From Escherichia phage vB_EcoM_JNE01: a stretch of 64,000 nucleotides of DNA. Shown in pieces: positions 60,383 to 64,000 of this stretch. A program made the position numbers and the translations under genes. Below the pieces are notes generated by a model, which had not been told where the DNA came from, did not search any database, and saw only the letters and a list, made by a program, of their open reading frames with translations. Positions within the stretch are counted from its first letter, which is position 1. The number at the start of each line of letters is the position of its first letter. Where the stretch lies: the sequence record OR670491; one strand, 5' to 3'.

Positions 60383-60829
60383 ATGAAAGGTGTTTCAATT
60401 TTTTACGATTACCATGAACAAGGTTTACCACATCAGATTGCTGGAATCTATTCTACGTCTGATAAAACCGAAGAAGAGATGCGTACTGAATTATTGTCGC
60501 TAATTGGTGAGAGAAGTTTCCATGAACGTGATCAACCAATTTTCATTAACCACACACATTTGTATGCAAAAAGTTTGCTAGGTGAAGAACTTGATAAAAA
60601 GGTGGAATACACTTTGAAACAGTTCTTCCCAATCGCACTTGATGTAGTTGGTTTCAAATCATCGGATTTCAAGTTCATGTACTATGATGTTGAAGCATAT
60701 GAGTTCGCTTGGAACAATCGTTATCATAAACAATTACACCAATATCGTTTAGAACTTCAACATGAAGCGGCTGAAGCATATAAAGCAAAACGAGCAGCAC
60801 AGAAGCTTGAAGGTAACGTACAGAAATGA
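60383..60829 (+). CDS. hypothetical protein
   Basis: 148-aa ORF, RBS GGTGGGAAAG. Confidence 0.45.
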   Translation: MKGVSIFYDYHEQGLPHQIAGIYSTSDKTEEEMRTELLSLIGERSFHERDQPIFINHTHLYAKSLLGEELDKKVEYTLKQFFPIALDVVGFKSSDFKFMYYDVEAYEFAWNNRYHKQLHQYRLELQHEAAEAYKAKRAAQKLEGNVQK

Positions 60830-61128
60830 TAGAATCTATCTTATGTGTACTGTTGCCAATTTTAGTAGTTGCTTTGATATGTCTTTATTATGGTTACAGT
60901 ACTGTAATTGATAAAAAGCAAGTTTACGTCATTACATTCAGTACTACACATATTGAGTTTGGTAATGTACATACCGGTATCACTTATATTGCATATCGTT
61001 GTAAGTACTTCCATAAGTTCAAATCTTATGATATGATCTATTACTGTGATGAATCCAACGTGAACCGTTATATTGACATAAACGATGAATCAAAAAAATC
61101 GTTTTACAGTTTTAAAGAATTAAAATAA
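60826..61128 (+). CDS. small membrane protein
   Basis: 100 aa, N-terminal hydrophobic helix. Confidence 0.4.
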   Translation: MIESILCVLLPILVVALICLYYGYSTVIDKKQVYVITFSTTHIEFGNVHTGITYIAYRCKYFHKFKSYDMIYYCDESNVNRYIDINDESKKSFYSFKELK

Positions 61129-61142
61129 ATGTAGACGGATGT

Positions 61143-61156
61143 ATTCAGTACTGAAT
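61143..61156. repeat. 14-bp perfect palindrome ATTCAGTACTGAAT (copy 1)
   Basis: Self-complementary; part of a GTATTCAGTACTGAAT motif seen three times in an ORF-free region. Confidence 0.7.
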
Positions 61157-61208
61157 CACCAGGGGAGGTTGTAATTCCCGATTCAGTAGCTTTTTAAGCG
61201 GTTTCGTG

Positions 61209-61255
<47 letters not shown>

Positions 61256-61256
61256 G

Positions 61257-61309
<53 letters not shown>

Positions 61310-61327
61310 CGAGGTACTCCGGTATGC

Positions 61328-61360
<33 letters not shown>

Positions 61361-61406
61361 AATATTGTTGCAACAGTATTCAGTACTACTTTTTAATTGA
61401 CACAAC

Positions 61407-61435
61407 TTTGAATGAGGTGTATTATGTTCCAAGAA
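61407..61435 (+). promoter_or_regulatory. sigma70-type promoter
   Basis: TTGACA, 17-bp spacer, TATTAT. Confidence 0.5.
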
Positions 61436-61468
61436 GAAAACTGGGGTTTTTAACATAAAGGGGAATGT

Positions 61469-61576
61469 ATGAAAGTGAGTAAAGAAACGGCTAAACAGCT
61501 TGAAGAACTTTGTTCAGCACAACCTATGCCTACACTTGCTTTAATCAAGTTAATGCGTCGAAATAAGCAAAAATAA
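61469..61576 (+). CDS. small hypothetical protein (35 aa)
   Basis: RBS AAAGGGG; not in track. Confidence 0.3.
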   Translation: MKVSKETAKQLEELCSAQPMPTLALIKLMRRNKQK

Positions 61577-61659
61577 AAATGATAAATAATACAGTAAGAT
61601 GACCTCCCCTCAATACGAAAGAGTATGGAGACTTGTTGGTTATCTTACTTCTTAAATTA

Positions 61660-61732
61660 GCCTTCTTAACTCAGTTGGTAGAGTAATCGCCTTGTAAGCG
61701 ATAAGTCATCCGTTCAAGTCGGATAGAGGGCA
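61660..61732 (+). tRNA. tRNA-Thr (anticodon TGT)
   Basis: Acceptor GCCTTCT/AGAGGGC (one GU), D-arm ACTC-AGTTGGTA-GAGT, anticodon stem ATCGC/GCGAT with loop CTTGTAA, T-arm ATCCG-TTCAAGT-CGGAT. Confidence 0.8.
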
Positions 61733-61734
61733 CA

Positions 61735-61816
<82 letters not shown>

Positions 61817-61828
61817 TAAAGGTGAACA

Positions 61829-62260
61829 ATGAAAATGAACATTGTAAAATTTGTTGATTATGTATTACAAAACGAAACATGGTCACTACACGATGTACAA
61901 GTAGAAGACGTTGGTGAAGTGCGTGTTTTTTGCTATGATCCAGAATTGAATGAAATCACTGATTTGAGTAAATGTTTTAATATTTTTATGGCTTATGAAC
62001 TCAATAAGAAGTTTTATTCAATTGATATGTATTTGAACACTGTTACATTTAGAATTTCTGAATATGATAATTTTAATGAAGATTATTATATTGATGAAAG
62101 CATTGAATTTAATGTAGATGATATAGACACTGAAGAAAAATTCTTTCAGTACTCTCTTGTTAATGACACATTGGGCTTGACATTTGATGACGTTAAAGCT
62201 ATACTTAAAGTTCAGAAATTGATTCCTGAAGATGTCCAAAATCCCTTACGTGAAGAATAA
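61829..62260 (+). CDS. family-A paralog
   Basis: C-terminal TEEKFFQYSLVNDT; RBS AAGGTGA. Confidence 0.5.
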   Translation: MKMNIVKFVDYVLQNETWSLHDVQVEDVGEVRVFCYDPELNEITDLSKCFNIFMAYELNKKFYSIDMYLNTVTFRISEYDNFNEDYYIDESIEFNVDDIDTEEKFFQYSLVNDTLGLTFDDVKAILKVQKLIPEDVQNPLREE

Positions 62261-62273
62261 TCTGGAGATATAA

Positions 62274-62468
62274 ATGTTTTTGAATTTACTAACTGTGTTT
62301 GGACGTACCTTACTATTAGCAGTAATTCATACACCTGGTATCACGAAGTTAGTTTCTTATAAGTTCAAAGAAGATTTACATAATGGTACTGAAAAGTATC
62401 TTCGTAAATTGAATAAAGATTTAGGTGTTAAAGAAACAACACCATTCAAGAAGTATAGTGACGATTAA
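62274..62468 (+). CDS. hypothetical protein
   Basis: 64-aa ORF, RBS GGAGA. Confidence 0.4.
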   Translation: MFLNLLTVFGRTLLLAVIHTPGITKLVSYKFKEDLHNGTEKYLRKLNKDLGVKETTPFKKYSDD

Positions 62469-62726
62469 AATATATTACCGAATAATTCAGTACTGGATAT
62501 GCTGTACTGATAGCTTCTAGCCAGTACTGGATTCCTCCTTTTTCACTAGAAGCTGTCACTTATTCATACGTTTGTTACCCTCATAGCACTCGTTGTTTCA
62601 AAAGGTATCTTATTACCCCCCTCTCGTAAGATACTTGAATTTAGTAGTTGACTTTTCAACTTCTTATATGTTATACTTAGGCTGAATCAAATGATTCGGC
62701 CTTTTTCTTTTTTAGGAGTGCTTTTA

Positions 62727-63149
62727 ATGAATTTCAGTACTACAAAAGAAGCGATAGCACATGCAACAGTTTCTATGTGTAAAGCCATTGCAGATGGAAA
62801 TTTTAACAAGGATATATACTACCAATTAAACGAACAACAAGTTGATATTAATTGTTATAATGAAAACGGTATGTGTACTTCATACGATAAAGCCAGTAAT
62901 ATCTTCTTTATGATCCGAGAGTTACCAAATGAACAATTATGTAAGTTCTATGCTGAAATTGATATGTATAAGAACTATATTAATTTCCAATTCTTGGATA
63001 TAGATCTATTTCGATTGGATATCACTTCTGATATGTTAAACCTAACAGAAGAAATGTTTTTCCAAATGAGCTTAGTTTACGATTTTAAGTACTTCGAATA
63101 TGAAACATTACGTAAGATATTTCAAGTAGCGGGGACTCTACATGAATAA
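62727..63149 (+). CDS. family-A paralog
   Basis: C-terminal TEEMFFQMSLVYDF; ATG 62727 after AGGAG (track start 62691 lies inside an upstream hairpin). Confidence 0.5.
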   Translation: MNFSTTKEAIAHATVSMCKAIADGNFNKDIYYQLNEQQVDINCYNENGMCTSYDKASNIFFMIRELPNEQLCKFYAEIDMYKNYINFQFLDIDLFRLDITSDMLNLTEEMFFQMSLVYDFKYFEYETLRKIFQVAGTLHE

Positions 63150-63561
63150 TAAGATTCTCAAGAAAATTTTAGATAGGACTGATATCTTCATTAAAGGTAG
63201 TGATGAAAATTACAACGTTCTGCATGATGGTGATATCGATACGCACATCTCATCTTATCTAAACAACTACCGTTGTAGTGTAAGTTATTGTAATAATATA
63301 GTTTTCGTAACAACATCTGAAACATTAGGATCGATTGGTTGGATTGACATTTTGGAGGATGGATTCACTTATGAAAATGAAGTCCTGGATTATACACTTG
63401 AATTCTACGACATTCAGGACTATAATTTAACAGAAGATGTGTACTTCCAGTTGAGTACTATCTATGATTTTGATATCATCGAATTTGAAGATTTGAAGAG
63501 AATCTTTAAGATTTGTGATTTTTTAAAAGGGAACCGAAATGAATCGACAATCGTTGCCTAA
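63142..63561 (+). CDS. family-A paralog
   Basis: C-terminal TEDVYFQLSTIYDF. Confidence 0.5.
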   Translation: MNNKILKKILDRTDIFIKGSDENYNVLHDGDIDTHISSYLNNYRCSVSYCNNIVFVTTSETLGSIGWIDILEDGFTYENEVLDYTLEFYDIQDYNLTEDVYFQLSTIYDFDIIEFEDLKRIFKICDFLKGNRNESTIVA

Positions 63562-63982
63562 AGAGCATGAGGACAACATCCTAAAGCGTTTGGATGAGAT
63601 CACCAACACCCCATTAAGTGTTCTGGAAGCGAACTACGATGCCAAATTCAAGCAGTTCTTGTTCAACAATAGTGAATGGTGGTACAGTACTCCAGAATTG
63701 GTTTGTGCTGTTAATGTGGGCGTAGGTGAGTATGAGTATGCTATTCACTATAACCAGAAGAACATAAGCATCATTGTTGATGAAATTGCAGAGTCTGATA
63801 AATGGCGTGATGATAACAGTATCTTAAGTATGGCTTTGAATTACAAAAATGATTCTGAATACTTTCAAGATAGTACTATCAAAGAGATTGAAGTATCTTA
63901 TAATGTAATAGAAAAGATGCGTGAATTTTGTTTGTACATACTAAAAGTGACAGAGGATCTCCAATGCAAGCATCCGAGATGA
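63539..63982 (+). CDS. family-A paralog
   Basis: C-terminal NDSEYFQDSTIKEI. Confidence 0.45.
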   Translation: MNRQSLPKEHEDNILKRLDEITNTPLSVLEANYDAKFKQFLFNNSEWWYSTPELVCAVNVGVGEYEYAIHYNQKNISIIVDEIAESDKWRDDNSILSMALNYKNDSEYFQDSTIKEIEVSYNVIEKMREFCLYILKVTEDLQCKHPR

Positions 63983-64000
63983 GAAAACTGATTGAGAAAG

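Noticed and set aside
62677-62708. Hairpin GGCTGAATCA-AA-TGATTCGGCC plus T-run read as a terminator
   Set aside because: It overlaps the track start of the downstream gene and lies after a putative promoter at 62648, so it may be a 5' UTR structure rather than a terminator; left unannotated.

Overview
This 64 kb window reads as part of a large, AT-rich lytic dsDNA phage genome (tailed phage with a T4-like nucleotide-metabolism and replication module), transcribed almost entirely on the + strand. All calls are from reading the sequence and ORF track by eye; no database search or RNA-folding tool was run. Confidently recognisable genes: class Ia ribonucleotide reductase (nrdA, nrdB), dihydrofolate reductase, RNase HI, a Dda-like SF1 helicase, topoisomerase II large and medium subunits, a clamp-loader ATPase, a GroES-like co-chaperonin, a DEDD exonuclease, a PD-(D/E)XK nuclease, a KTSC-domain protein and an HNH homing endonuclease. 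The second half (about 39.5-64 kb) is an accessory region: a tRNA cluster (Leu, Gly, Ser, Thr plus several atypical tRNA-like genes, three with CAT anticodons) interleaved with two expanded paralogous gene families. The most striking candidates for something undescribed are (1) a 17-member family of small proteins sharing a C-terminal E-E-x-(F/Y)-F-Q-x-S-x-(I/V) motif and (2) a tandem array of about ten 54-aa mini-proteins starting MTHEEW. Other notable items: a phage-encoded IF3 homolog behind its own consensus promoter, a C5-cytosine methyltransferase split by a LAGLIDADG intein immediately before its catalytic cysteine, a NADAR-like protein, an identical 29-bp promoter repeated in front of tRNA genes, and a very AT-rich minus-strand tailspike-like gene next to the HNH endonuclease. 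No CRISPR array, rRNA or integrase was seen.
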